A stretch of 64,000 nt of DNA. It comes from an uncultured Gammaproteobacteria bacterium. GTDB taxonomy: Bacteria > Patescibacteriota > Patescibacteriia > UBA1558 > S5-K13. Below, piece after piece: positions 9,964 through 20,798 of the stretch. The stretch covers positions 17,273 through 81,272 of the forward strand of contig CAZXFD010000001.1 of NCBI GenBank assembly GCA_964640635.1, written 5' to 3'. The first letter of the stretch is position 1. The number at the start of each line of letters is the position of its first letter. The notes beneath the pieces were generated by a model that saw only the letters and a list, made by a program, of their open reading frames with translations, ran no database searches and was not told the DNA's origin. The translations under genes and the position numbers were made by a program.

Positions 9964-12642
9964 ATGGATTTTTTGGAAAAAACAAAAATAGTTTATTGTG
10001 ATAAGTGTAATAATGAACACTGTAATTATTGTTATGGAAGCAAGTATTATTTGAATATGGAGGGGGTAAATATTTATTGGAGTAAGGACTTAGATGGCGC
10101 TTCTATAAAAATTGATGAAATAAAAAAAATTAGCAATGCAATGCTTAATGTAATACTTTTTTTGATTTCATTGTGTGGTTTTGTATTATTTGTTTATAGA
10201 TTTTATAAAATTTTAGAAAATAGTGGTGATGTTTTACTTCAAGAAAACTGGAAAGGCCCAATAGAGCTTATTATTTGGATCAGTATGCTTTTCGCAATGT
10301 TTTTGTTTTATAGATTAAATAGCAAAAATAGTAGTAAATACAAAATATTAATACCAAAATCAGAATCTCGTTCTAGTGATAATCTTGTTTCACAAAACAT
10401 ATATAGCACACTTTCTCACGATGTAAAGAATTATTTAATAGATGCGTATTATATTTCAAAAAAATATAAATTTTCTACCATTGATTCAACATCTCTTTTT
10501 TTAGCATTATTAAAACACGACAATACCAAAATTATTATTGGAAGACTGGGTATTTCAATTGGCGAATTAGAACAAAAGCTTGTTGGATATTTACTTGAAA
10601 ATCAAAAAAAGAATGTATCAGTAGGTGTGGATGATTTAAGATTTATAATGTTTAATGCGTATTATTTAGCAAGAAAATCAAATTCGAATCATGTAGGCTT
10701 CAATCACGTTCTTACGGCAAATATTTTGTGTAGTGAGTATGTATTGGAATTGTTTTTAGATTTTGGAATTAGCATAGATCAGATAAACAATGTAATAGAG
10801 TGGATTAAATTGTCAGAGAATCTTGTCAGCAAAAGCAAAAAACATAGATCGGTTGCAATTTTTAAGCCTCGCGGAGATGTAAATAGGGCCATGACAGCTG
10901 TTGCGACGCCATATTTAGATAGTTTTAGTGAGGATATTACGCTTCTTGCAAGACGTGGATACTTGCCACTTAATGTTGTAAGAGAAGAAAAATTGCAAGA
11001 AATTTATAGGATAATAGAGTCAAATAATCAAAGTCTTGTAATGTTGGGATTGCCTGGTGTGGGCAAAGATAGCATGATAGAGACTATTGCAAACAATATG
11101 GCCCAAGAAAATGTTCCACATGTTTTACAAGATAAGAGACTTGTGAGCTTATCTATATCAAGATTTGTTTCAGTGTCTTCAGCAGAAGGAAAAATACAAG
11201 AAAATTTTTTGAGACTTATGAATGAGGTTATAAGATCTGGAAATATAATTCTTGTAATAGGCGATATTCATAATATGGTAGGAATTTCTTCTGCTGGTAT
11301 TGAAAATGTTGATTTGTCAGAAGTTTTCGCAGATATAATATCTCAATATAATATAATGGTTATTGGTACTTCAAATCCAAAAGATTATATAAAGTATTTA
11401 GAAAATAGTCGTCTTGGAACGCTGCTTTCCAAAGTTGAAATACAAGAACCAAATGCAAATGAAACAATTCAAATTTTGGAAGCAAAAAGTTTTTCGCTTG
11501 AGTATAAATATCGTGTTTATTTTTCATATCAATCTTTGGAGAGGATTGTAAAGCTTACCAACAATTATATTCATGATAGATTTCAACCAGAAAAATCTAT
11601 TAGAATAATGGAAGAGCTTGCAGTAATGATTTCAAAGCAAAAAGATACACGCCTTATTACAAGCGAGCATGTCTCTAGGGTTATATCAGAAAAAATTCAT
11701 ATCCCACTTGAAAAGGTAACAGCAACAGAAGGAGAAAAGCTTTTGAAGTTAGAAGAAATAATGCATAAAAGAATGGTTGGTCAAGAGGAGGCAATTTCTA
11801 TGGTTGCCTCTGCGCTTAGAAGGGCAAGAGCAGAAATAAGAGATGAAAAAAAACCAATTACAAACTTATTATTTTTGGGTCCTACTGGAGTTGGTAAAAC
11901 AGAGCTTGCGAAAACAGTTGCAGAAGTATTTTTTGGAAATGAAAGTAGTATGATAAGGCTCGATATGAGTGAATATCAAGAAGAAAATAGCTTATTAAGA
12001 CTTATTGGTGCAGAGAATTTGGAAAATTCAGGCATTCTTACTGAGTCAGTAAGAAATAATCCGTTTTCTCTTGTGTTGCTAGATGAAATAGAAAAAGCAC
12101 ATCCAGATATTTTGAATATATTTTTACAGGTTATGGATGATGGAAGACTTACAGACTCAAGCGGTAGAACTGTAGATTTTTCAAATTGTATTATTATAGC
12201 CACATCTAATGCAGGGGCATTTTATATACAAGATGAATTGTCTCGTGGTTCTGATTTAGAAAGCATAAAAAATAATTTGATGGAAAAAGAGTTAAGAAAT
12301 TATTTTAAACCAGAGTTTTTAAATAGGTTTAATGGTATAGTATTGTTTAAGCCACTTAGTAAGGTTGAGATTGAGCAAATTGCAGTTATGATTTTGAATA
12401 AATTATCGCTACGACTCAAAGAAAAGGGTATAGAATTCATAGCTTCATCAGATTCAGTCAAAAAATTAGCAGAATTAGGTTTTAGTAAGGATTTTGGTGC
12501 AAGACCATTAAAGCGTACAATAGAGACTCGTGTTGATGATGCTCTTGCTACTTTTTTATTGACAAATCAGATAACAAGACGTGATAAGGCTATATTAGAG
12601 GCAGACTTAAGTATTAGAATTGAAAAGGCCTCTAAGCTCTGA
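9964..12642 (+). CDS. ClpA/B/C-family AAA+ ATPase with N-terminal Cys motif and TM helices
   Basis: Clp-N-like repeats; NBD1 GLPGVGKD; NBD2 GPTGVGKT, RLDMSEY, LLDEIEKAH, FGARPLKR. Confidence 0.88.
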   Translation: MDFLEKTKIVYCDKCNNEHCNYCYGSKYYLNMEGVNIYWSKDLDGASIKIDEIKKISNAMLNVILFLISLCGFVLFVYRFYKILENSGDVLLQENWKGPIELIIWISMLFAMFLFYRLNSKNSSKYKILIPKSESRSSDNLVSQNIYSTLSHDVKNYLIDAYYISKKYKFSTIDSTSLFLALLKHDNTKIIIGRLGISIGELEQKLVGYLLENQKKNVSVGVDDLRFIMFNAYYLARKSNSNHVGFNHVLTANILCSEYVLELFLDFGISIDQINNVIEWIKLSENLVSKSKKHRSVAIFKPRGDVNRAMTAVATPYLDSFSEDITLLARRGYLPLNVVREEKLQEIYRIIESNNQSLVMLGLPGVGKDSMIETIANNMAQENVPHVLQDKRLVSLSISRFVSVSSAEGKIQENFLRLMNEVIRSGNIILVIGDIHNMVGISSAGIENVDLSEVFADIISQYNIMVIGTSNPKDYIKYLENSRLGTLLSKVEIQEPNANETIQILEAKSFSLEYKYRVYFSYQSLERIVKLTNNYIHDRFQPEKSIRIMEELAVMISKQKDTRLITSEHVSRVISEKIHIPLEKVTATEGEKLLKLEEIMHKRMVGQEEAISMVASALRRARAEIRDEKKPITNLLFLGPTGVGKTELAKTVAEVFFGNESSMIRLDMSEYQEENSLLRLIGAENLENSGILTESVRNNPFSLVLLDEIEKAHPDILNIFLQVMDDGRLTDSSGRTVDFSNCIIIATSNAGAFYIQDELSRGSDLESIKNNLMEKELRNYFKPEFLNRFNGIVLFKPLSKVEIEQIAVMILNKLSLRLKEKGIEFIASSDSVKKLAELGFSKDFGARPLKRTIETRVDDALATFLLTNQITRRDKAILEADLSIRIEKASKL

Positions 12643-12717
12643 TATAATAGGGTAATACTAAAATAGGGTTATGTAGTAAGGAGTAAGAGATAAGGGTAAT
12701 ATATAAATTTAAATACT

Positions 12718-14130
12718 ATGGTAAAAAAAGATATAAAAGTCAAGGAGAATACAGAATTAATGGACAAAATTATATCACTTTGCAAAAGAAGAGGCTTTGT
12801 TTATGCATCTTCTGAAATTTATGGTGGCTTTGCAGCTGTATATGATTATGGTCCATACGGGGTAGAGCTACTCAATAATATTAAGAGTTTTTGGTGGAAA
12901 TGTATGGTTCAGTATCGTGAAGATATTGTAGGATTAGATAGTGCTATTTTTATGCATCCAAAAATATGGGAAGCAAGTGGTCATGTTTCTGGTTTTTCAG
13001 ACCCCCTTACTGAGTGTTATAAGTGTCATTATAGATTTAGAGTAGATACAGCACTAGAGGAAATTGGAATTAAGGCTGATGAAAAAATGAGTTTGGAAGA
13101 AATAGAGACTGTTTTTAGAAAAAATATCAAAAAAATAAATTGCCCAAAATGTGGAGCTAATGATTTTACAAGTATAAAAAAATTTAATTTATTAGTTCAG
13201 TCTAATTTGGGAAATTTTTCTTCTGACGTTGACAAGGATCCAGTTTATTTAAGGGGGGAGACAGCTCAGGGAATTTATGTAAATTACAAAAATGTATTAG
13301 ACTCGTCACGCGTAAAAGTTCCATTTGGTATCGCTCAGATTGGTAAGGCTTTTAGAAACGAGATTACAGCTCGTCAATTTATATTTCGTACTCGTGAATT
13401 CGAGCAGATGGAAATGCAATATTTTGTCGCTCCAAAGGAGGATATGAAAGAATATGAAAAGTTAAAAGATTATAGATGGCAGTATTATTTGAATTTAGGC
13501 ATTAAAAAAGAAAATCTTAAATGGCATAAGCATGAGAATTTGGTTTTTTATGCAAAGGAAGCTTATGATATAGAATATAAATTTCCATTCGGTTTTAAGG
13601 AATTAGAAGGTCTTCATGCAAGAGGAAATTATGATTTGACTCAACATGCTAAGTTTTCTGGAAAAGATATGAACTATCTCGATCCTTATACAAATGATAA
13701 GTATATACCTCACATAGTAGAATCATCGGCTGGAGTGGGTCGAATATTTTTGGCGCTTATTTGCGAGGCTTACAAAGAAGAAAAAATTGGTGAAGAAGAA
13801 AGAGTTGTCTTGAAATTGAGCCCTATTATAGCGCCAATAAAAATTGCAGTTTTCCCACTTTTGAAAAATAAACCAGAACTTGTTGAAAAGGCGCACGAGA
13901 TATTTAAAAATTTAAGTAAATTATATAGGTGTGAGTTTGATGATAATGGAAACATTGGAAAAAGATATAGAAGACAAGACGAAATAGGAACTCCATATTG
14001 CCTGACTATTGATTTTGATACACTAGAAAATAACGAAGTCACGGTAAGAAGTAGAGATACAATGGATCAATGTAGGATAAAAATTGATGAGCTTCAAGAT
14101 TATTTTAAAGATAAATTAAATTGTTATTAG
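12718..14130 (+). CDS. glyQS: Glycine--tRNA ligase, homodimeric (alpha2) type
   Basis: LCKRRGF, YDYGP, LRGETAQG, FRTREFEQME, IGKRYRRQDEIGTP. Confidence 0.96.
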   Translation: MVKKDIKVKENTELMDKIISLCKRRGFVYASSEIYGGFAAVYDYGPYGVELLNNIKSFWWKCMVQYREDIVGLDSAIFMHPKIWEASGHVSGFSDPLTECYKCHYRFRVDTALEEIGIKADEKMSLEEIETVFRKNIKKINCPKCGANDFTSIKKFNLLVQSNLGNFSSDVDKDPVYLRGETAQGIYVNYKNVLDSSRVKVPFGIAQIGKAFRNEITARQFIFRTREFEQMEMQYFVAPKEDMKEYEKLKDYRWQYYLNLGIKKENLKWHKHENLVFYAKEAYDIEYKFPFGFKELEGLHARGNYDLTQHAKFSGKDMNYLDPYTNDKYIPHIVESSAGVGRIFLALICEAYKEEKIGEEERVVLKLSPIIAPIKIAVFPLLKNKPELVEKAHEIFKNLSKLYRCEFDDNGNIGKRYRRQDEIGTPYCLTIDFDTLENNEVTVRSRDTMDQCRIKIDELQDYFKDKLNCY

Positions 14131-14156
14131 TTTGGTTTTGATATTAAAATAAATAA

Positions 14157-15038
14157 ATGAAAAAATATAAAAAAACATTATTTGCACTGATTCCTATTCT
14201 TATTTTGTTTGTTGTAAATATTGTAAAAGCACAAATACAGCTTCAAGTTGCCCTACCCACCGCAAATGATGGAACAATAAGTAGTGTATCAGGACTTAGC
14301 GATTATATAAGAATAGTATATAACTATGGAATTTATGCAGGTAGTGTTATCGCTGTTATAATGATTTCTATAAATGCCTTTAAGTGGGTATCAGCAGGTG
14401 GAAACAAAAGCACGATAGGAAAGGCAAAGGACGGAATGATAACTTCAATGGTGGGGCTTTTTGTTCTTTTTGGATCTTATCTTATTCTTAGCACAATAAA
14501 TGGAGAGCTCGTGGCCCTGAAAGCATTAGATGTTAGGCCTTTAGACACGAAGGCATATTTGGAAAAAGTAGAAAGATCTTCTGGTTTAGATACAGCGTAT
14601 TATGATGACATGTATGTTGCAGATCAAGGACGCGAGAGCGAAGGCAATCCAAGACCAGTAGCTGTATTGAGATGTGCTAATGATTCGGACACTAGTCATT
14701 ATTGCATTGACCTTCCATTAGGTCAGCCAGATATTCAATATGAGTTTAGCACTACAATAGGTGCATGCGAATATACTACTATGCAATGTGTTTCAAACGC
14801 TCGTAATTGCAATAAGACCTGCCTAAACTATAGTGATTGCGGAAATTTTTCTAATGGTTATTGTGATGGAGCGGGTCCACAAGTTTGTTGTAGTCGGCAA
14901 AAAAGACCTAATGAGACAACCTGTAGTCATAATATACAGTGTTTAAGTGGATGTTGTTGTAATTTTAGCTGGCCTACAAGAGATGTGTGTAGATCAACAG
15001 CAAATTGTAATTTACTTAATAAGAGCTGTATTCAGTAA
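14157..15038 (+). CDS. VirB2/TrbC-like pilin-domain protein with Cys-rich C-terminus (paralog 1)
   Basis: Signal peptide ending VKA/Q; two TM helices around 'KWVSAGGN...AK'; 'YLILSTING'; Cys-rich tail. Confidence 0.72.
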   Translation: MKKYKKTLFALIPILILFVVNIVKAQIQLQVALPTANDGTISSVSGLSDYIRIVYNYGIYAGSVIAVIMISINAFKWVSAGGNKSTIGKAKDGMITSMVGLFVLFGSYLILSTINGELVALKALDVRPLDTKAYLEKVERSSGLDTAYYDDMYVADQGRESEGNPRPVAVLRCANDSDTSHYCIDLPLGQPDIQYEFSTTIGACEYTTMQCVSNARNCNKTCLNYSDCGNFSNGYCDGAGPQVCCSRQKRPNETTCSHNIQCLSGCCCNFSWPTRDVCRSTANCNLLNKSCIQ

Positions 15039-15061
15039 GTAGGTATATAATTTTTAATATA

Positions 15062-16057
15062 ATGCAAAACATTTTTTTGAAGAGATTAAAAGATGCTAAG
15101 ATAACTCATATTTTGTTTTTTGTTGTAATTTTTATTTTTTTTATTGTTAAAATTACAAAAGCAATACCACTCGAACATGCAATACCAGGGCCAGATGGAG
15201 ACATAAGTAGTGTAGAGGGTTTAAGTGATTACATAAGAATTGTATATAGTTATGGAATATATGCAGGTAGCGTCTTGGCGGTTGTCATGATATCTGTAAA
15301 TGCTTTTAAGTGGGTATCAGCAGGTGGGAATAAAGGCTCTATAGATAAGGCAAAAAATGGAATGATAATGTCTATAGTGGGACTTTTTCTTGTTTTTGGA
15401 TCTTATCTTATACTCAGTACAATAAATGGAGAGCTCGTGGCCTTGAAAGCATTGAATGTGTATCCTATATCACCTCAAGAATTTGTGGGAGTAGATTTTT
15501 CGACAATGAAACTTGCTGAAACTTTACAACAAGATATAGCAAATGATATTCGTTGTAATTTAATCGCAGATAATAATTGTCCACCAGGCAAGGTTTGTAG
15601 AAAGTTAAAGGATAAATATATTTGCACAGAACCACTAGGAGATAATATGGCCTGTGAAATACAAAGTGAATGTAGGCCCCCACTTACATGTAATGCGCAA
15701 ACATTGAAATGTGAAATCCCTCCTGTTTTACAGTGTGCAGGAATTTTAGATAATTATAGATGCTTTACAAATCTTTACCCTAGTCCCAGTTTTGGATATT
15801 GTGACAACAGACAATGTGTTCCTTGTCGTGGAGAAGGACAGATATGTACAACTATAACTAGAATAGTGCCTTTGGTAACTTTTGTAGCATGGCCCATGCA
15901 ATGTGTAAATAACAATAGTGGGATTTGTGGATTGCCATTTTATGAGGCAATTGAACCATGGGATCAATTACCGGATTCTTATAAAGCACCTAATACGGGT
16001 TCTTGTACTGGTGGTAGTTGGTTTCAGCATCAAGTTGGAAATTATTATTGTGAATAG
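15062..16057 (+). CDS. VirB2/TrbC-like pilin-domain protein with Cys-rich C-terminus (paralog 2)
   Basis: Pilin core nearly identical to paralog 1; Cys-rich tail differs. Confidence 0.72.
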   Translation: MQNIFLKRLKDAKITHILFFVVIFIFFIVKITKAIPLEHAIPGPDGDISSVEGLSDYIRIVYSYGIYAGSVLAVVMISVNAFKWVSAGGNKGSIDKAKNGMIMSIVGLFLVFGSYLILSTINGELVALKALNVYPISPQEFVGVDFSTMKLAETLQQDIANDIRCNLIADNNCPPGKVCRKLKDKYICTEPLGDNMACEIQSECRPPLTCNAQTLKCEIPPVLQCAGILDNYRCFTNLYPSPSFGYCDNRQCVPCRGEGQICTTITRIVPLVTFVAWPMQCVNNNSGICGLPFYEAIEPWDQLPDSYKAPNTGSCTGGSWFQHQVGNYYCE

Positions 16058-16119
16058 TATATTAACGTTGACTAGGAATTTATAGAATTATAAGGATATG
16101 TTAATTTAATTAAAATTTT

Positions 16120-17376
16120 ATGCAAAATATATTTTTAAAAAAACTTAAAGATACAAAAGCGATTACTGTTTTGGTTTTGATAAAAACAGGTTCAAGATAT
16201 GAAAGTGATACAAATCGTGGTGTCGCGCATTTTTTGGAACATTTACTTTTTAAAGGAACCAAAAAAAGGCCCAATTCCCTTGCTATTACTAAAGAGCTAG
16301 ACAGTATTGGGGCAGAATTTAATGCCTTTACCTCAAAGGATAAAACGGGTTTTTATATAAAAGCACCTAAAGAGCATCTTGAAAAAGCGCTAGATGTTTT
16401 ATCTGATATGCTTTTTAATTCTTTGTTTTCTCCAAGAGAGATAGAAAAAGAAAGAGGAGTAGTGCTTGAAGAATTCAATATGTATTATGATAATCCAATG
16501 ATGTTTATTGATTCACTGTTGGAGTGTGGAGTTTTTCACGGACATAATTTAGGAAAATTAATCTTGGGGGATCAAAATGTTATAAAAAATATAAAAAGAG
16601 CAGAAATACTTAAGTTCTATAAAAAATATTATAATTTAGAAAATCTCGTAATAGGTGTTTCTGGAAATTTTGATGAGAATAAATTGCTTCCACTTGTAAA
16701 AAAATATTTCAAAATAAAAGAATACAATACTACAAATAATTTTGATGAATTTCTAGGAGATCAAAAACAGGAAAGAATACTTATCAAAAACAAAGAAACA
16801 GATCAGGTTCATACTGCTATTGGATTTTTAGGAACGTCTATATTTGATAAAGATTATTATTCAAGTAAGCTTCTTTCTATAATATTGGGTGGAAATATGA
16901 GCTCAAGATTATTTTTGAAGATTAGAGAAAAGATGGGGCTTTGTTATTATATAAAGTCATACACAGATAGTTATCAGGATACAGGAATATTTTCTATTAT
17001 ATCAGGCCTTGATAAATCAAGAATTGAAAGTGCAGTAGAGACAATTTTGAAAGAGTTAAAAAGTATTAAGCAAAATGGAGTTACAGAAGAAGAACTTAAG
17101 AGAGCAAAGGAGTTTATAGATGGAAAATTAGTTTTGAATCTTGAAGATAGTGCAAATATTGTTGAGTGGTATGGAGACCAATTGCTTTTACAAGGGAAAG
17201 CTATAACACCTGAAGAGTTTTTTAAACATATAAACAAAATCAGCATAAAGGATATCAAAAAAGTTGCAAATAGAATATTTCTAAAAGAAAAATTAAATCT
17301 TGCTGTAATAGGGCCATTTAAAAATTCCAAAGAATGGGAGTTAAAATTTAAAAATATTATAAATAAAATTTTATAA
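16120..17376 (+). CDS. M16 (pitrilysin/insulinase) family zinc peptidase
   Basis: HFLEH inverted zinc motif, NAFTS, 'GGNMSSRLF..IREKMGLCY'. Confidence 0.93.
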   Translation: MQNIFLKKLKDTKAITVLVLIKTGSRYESDTNRGVAHFLEHLLFKGTKKRPNSLAITKELDSIGAEFNAFTSKDKTGFYIKAPKEHLEKALDVLSDMLFNSLFSPREIEKERGVVLEEFNMYYDNPMMFIDSLLECGVFHGHNLGKLILGDQNVIKNIKRAEILKFYKKYYNLENLVIGVSGNFDENKLLPLVKKYFKIKEYNTTNNFDEFLGDQKQERILIKNKETDQVHTAIGFLGTSIFDKDYYSSKLLSIILGGNMSSRLFLKIREKMGLCYYIKSYTDSYQDTGIFSIISGLDKSRIESAVETILKELKSIKQNGVTEEELKRAKEFIDGKLVLNLEDSANIVEWYGDQLLLQGKAITPEEFFKHINKISIKDIKKVANRIFLKEKLNLAVIGPFKNSKEWELKFKNIINKIL

Positions 17377-17410
17377 ACAAAAATCCATTTGAAAATGGAA
17401 AAACAAAAAT

Positions 17411-18430
17411 ATGGAAACAAGAACAGTTCACATTTCAACACTTACTTTTGTAAAAATAATAGCCATAGCACTTATTGCATTATTTTTATTTTTGGTAAGA
17501 GATATATTGGCTATGATATTTTTGGCTTTTGTATTAGCATCTGCCATGAAGCCAGGAGTTAATTGGTTTGTAAGTAAAAAAATTCCGAAAACACTTGGAA
17601 TAGGAATAATGTATATAATTTTTTTAACAGTCCTTGCTGTTTTGATGGTTATTATTGTGCCCCCAGTATCGAGAGAGATTACCCAGCTTGCAAATCATTT
17701 TCCAGATTATTATGAAAGAATTAATCTTTTTTTAGCAAAGTTTAATTCAGGGTTTGCTAGCAGTGGCAATGGTCAATCACAACTTACACTAGCTAATATG
17801 AGCGGAGGATTGAGTAGTGCAGTTGGTTCTATTTTTAATACAACATTTCAAGTATTTAGCGGAGTTTTCACTTTTATTACAATTTTAATTCTTGCCTTTT
17901 ATTTTGCTAGCGAAGAAAGTAAAATGAGAAAGTTCTTGAGAGGTCATATTCCAGTAAAAAAAAGAGATTATATTGTAGATCTTGTTTCTAAAGTTCAAAC
18001 AAAGTTGGGTTATTGGCTTAGAGGACAATTGTTGTTGTGTCTTATTGTATTTGGGGCAACATTTTTACTCTTGGCAATTTTTGGAATAAAGTATGCGCTG
18101 GTACTTGCAATCTTAGCGGGTCTTTTTGAAATCATTCCTTTTTTTGGGCCATGGGTTGCAGGACTAGTCGGTGTTTTAATAACGTTTTCTATTTCTCCTA
18201 CAAAGGCAATAATTGCAGCTATTATATATTTAGCAGTTCAACAGGCTGAATCAGCATTTATAGTTCCAAAGGTAATGAGCAGATCTGTGGGACTAAATCC
18301 GCTTTTGGTTGTAATTGCTATACTTATTGGTTTTCAAATTGGTGGAGTGATGGGGGCACTTATTTCAGTTCCATTTATTGCAATGTTGTCAGTTTTTGTT
18401 TGGGATATATTAGATAAAAAAAATGATTAA
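17411..18430 (+). CDS. AI-2E (PerM) family transporter
   Basis: Multi-TM; 'WLRGQ', 'IPFFGP', 'PKVMSRSVGLNP'. Confidence 0.9.
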   Translation: METRTVHISTLTFVKIIAIALIALFLFLVRDILAMIFLAFVLASAMKPGVNWFVSKKIPKTLGIGIMYIIFLTVLAVLMVIIVPPVSREITQLANHFPDYYERINLFLAKFNSGFASSGNGQSQLTLANMSGGLSSAVGSIFNTTFQVFSGVFTFITILILAFYFASEESKMRKFLRGHIPVKKRDYIVDLVSKVQTKLGYWLRGQLLLCLIVFGATFLLLAIFGIKYALVLAILAGLFEIIPFFGPWVAGLVGVLITFSISPTKAIIAAIIYLAVQQAESAFIVPKVMSRSVGLNPLLVVIAILIGFQIGGVMGALISVPFIAMLSVFVWDILDKKND

Positions 18431-18439
18431 TTTATAAAA

Positions 18440-19129
18440 ATGGGAAAATTATATATAGTTGCAACACCAATAGGCAATTTATCTGATATAACATTTCGTG
18501 CCATCGAAATTTTGAAGTCGGTAGATTTTGTATTTTGTGAAGATACAAGAGTTACAAAAAATTTATTAAATCATTACAATATAAACACAAAATTAGAAAG
18601 TTATCATAAATTTTCAGATAAAAATAAAGAAAATAGAATAGTAGAGCTTTTAAATAATGGAAAAAATATTGCGTATGTTAGTGATGCTGGAACTCCAGGT
18701 ATAAGTGATCCTGGTGAGGAGTTGGTAAAAATAGTATCAAATTCATTTGATGAAAATATTATTGAAAGTATTCCAGGTGCCTCTTCTCTTATAACCGCAC
18801 TTTCATTGTCTGGGTTTAATTGCGACAGATTTAATTTTTTGGGATTTTTGCCTCATAAAAAAGGCAAAGAAACATTGCTTCGTGAGATTATTGAAAGTGA
18901 TGTTACAAATATTTTTTTTGAGTCAACGCATAGAATTATAAAGAGTCTAGAAAAATTACAATTACTTGGATTTCAAGAAAATAGAAATATTGTTGTAGCT
19001 CGTGAGCTTACAAAAAAATTTGAAACAATATATCGTGGAACTTTAGAAAAGGTTTTGAGTGATTTAAAAGGAGGGGTTAGTAAAGGAGAGTTTGTAGTAA
19101 TAGTTGAAAGTTATAAAGTTAAAAAGTAG
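18440..19129 (+). CDS. rsmI: 16S rRNA (cytidine1402-2'-O)-methyltransferase
   Basis: LYIVATPIGNL, CEDTR, SDAGTPGISDPG, RELTK. Confidence 0.96.
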   Translation: MGKLYIVATPIGNLSDITFRAIEILKSVDFVFCEDTRVTKNLLNHYNINTKLESYHKFSDKNKENRIVELLNNGKNIAYVSDAGTPGISDPGEELVKIVSNSFDENIIESIPGASSLITALSLSGFNCDRFNFLGFLPHKKGKETLLREIIESDVTNIFFESTHRIIKSLEKLQLLGFQENRNIVVARELTKKFETIYRGTLEKVLSDLKGGVSKGEFVVIVESYKVKK

Positions 19130-19163
19130 AACGTTATCAAGTTGCCGTAAAATTTAAAATATT

Positions 19164-20642
19164 ATGGATAAAAATCAGAATAAAATTTACATTACAACGC
19201 CTATCTATTATATCAATGACCGTCCTCACATTGGTCATGCTTATACTACTATAATTGCAGATGTACTCGCACGATATTATAGACAAAAAATAGGTAGTGA
19301 TAATGTTTTCTTTTTGACAGGAACAGATGAGCATGGTGCAAAAATATCTGAAAGTGCTATAAAATATAATTTAGACACACAAGATTTTGCAAATATGATA
19401 AGTAATGAATTTGTTGATGCTTGGAAAAGGTTAGATATTTCAAATAATGATTTTATAAGAACAACAAGTGAAAAACACAAAAGTATTGTGCACGATATTT
19501 TACTTAAACTAAAAGAATCAAAAACCCCACTTGGAAATGATGTTTTATATGAATCAGAGTATGAAGGATTGTATTGTGTGGGATGTGAAAAATTTATTAC
19601 AGAAAGTGAACTTGTAGATGGAAAGTGTCCAGATCATAATAGAATTCCAGAAAAATTGAAAGAAAAGAATTGGTTTTTTAAGTTGTCGGATTTTATTCCA
19701 AGTATTATAGAAAAAATAAAAAATGATGAAATAAGCGTTTATCCAGAAACAAGAAAAAATGAAGTTTTAGGGATATTAGAAAAACAAAATTTGCCAGATT
19801 TCTCTATTTCAAGATCTATAAAATCAGTTCCATGGGGAATAGATTTGCCTTGGGATGAAAATCAAAAATGTTATGTGTGGGTAGATGCCTTATCAAATTA
19901 TATTACAGCGCTTGATTATCCTGATGGGGTTGATTTCAAAAAGTTTTGGCCCGCCGATATTCAGCTTATGGCACTTGAAATACTTAAGTTTCATGCAATT
20001 TTTTGGCCAGCAATTTTAATAGCACTAGACTTGCCACTCCCAAAAAAATTAGCAATTCACGGATTTTTTACAATAGATGGAAAGAAAATGAGTAAAACGC
20101 TAGGGAATGTAATAAACCCAAATGATTTGGTAGAAAAGTATGGGCCTGATGTAACAAAATATCTTATTTTGTCTCAATTTGGATTTGGATCAGAGAGTGA
20201 TATAAATGTATCTGAATTTCCAGCAAAATATAATGCTGATTTGGTAAATGGATTAGGAAATTTGGTAAATAGAGTTACAAAAATGGTAGAGGATTATCTT
20301 GGTGGAATAATTGATATAGATTTTAAGGAGTCGAGTTTTTTAGATAGTGAAATTAGTGAAAAAATAGAAAATCTCAATTTTAGAGATGCGCTTTTGAAAA
20401 TTTGGCAAGTTATTCAAAAAGTTAATGTCGCAATTGATATTAATAAGCCTTGGGAGCTTTCTAAGTTTGAAGAAAAGAAAGAAGAATTGAAAATTAATTT
20501 ACAGGCCATTGTTAAAAGTATATATAGTATTGCACTTTCTCTAAAACCATTTATGCCAAATAAATCACAAGAGATTATAGATATTTTAACAGCAGATAAA
20601 ATTGTAAAACCCGAGTTCCCATTGTTTCCTAGAATAGGGTAA
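19164..20642 (+). CDS. metG: Methionine--tRNA ligase (short form)
   Basis: HIGH, GTDEHG, KMSKT, C-terminal LFPRI. Confidence 0.95.
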   Translation: MDKNQNKIYITTPIYYINDRPHIGHAYTTIIADVLARYYRQKIGSDNVFFLTGTDEHGAKISESAIKYNLDTQDFANMISNEFVDAWKRLDISNNDFIRTTSEKHKSIVHDILLKLKESKTPLGNDVLYESEYEGLYCVGCEKFITESELVDGKCPDHNRIPEKLKEKNWFFKLSDFIPSIIEKIKNDEISVYPETRKNEVLGILEKQNLPDFSISRSIKSVPWGIDLPWDENQKCYVWVDALSNYITALDYPDGVDFKKFWPADIQLMALEILKFHAIFWPAILIALDLPLPKKLAIHGFFTIDGKKMSKTLGNVINPNDLVEKYGPDVTKYLILSQFGFGSESDINVSEFPAKYNADLVNGLGNLVNRVTKMVEDYLGGIIDIDFKESSFLDSEISEKIENLNFRDALLKIWQVIQKVNVAIDINKPWELSKFEEKKEELKINLQAIVKSIYSIALSLKPFMPNKSQEIIDILTADKIVKPEFPLFPRIG

Positions 20643-20798
20643 TTTACAATTTTCAATTTCAAATTTTTAATTGAATCATTATTTATTATTTATAATTTAT
20701 TCGCTATTAATAATTTATTAATTTGCTATTAACTATTTAAAAATAGACAAATAGTAAATCAATTTAAAATTGCATAATAGTAAATAGGAAATAAGCAT

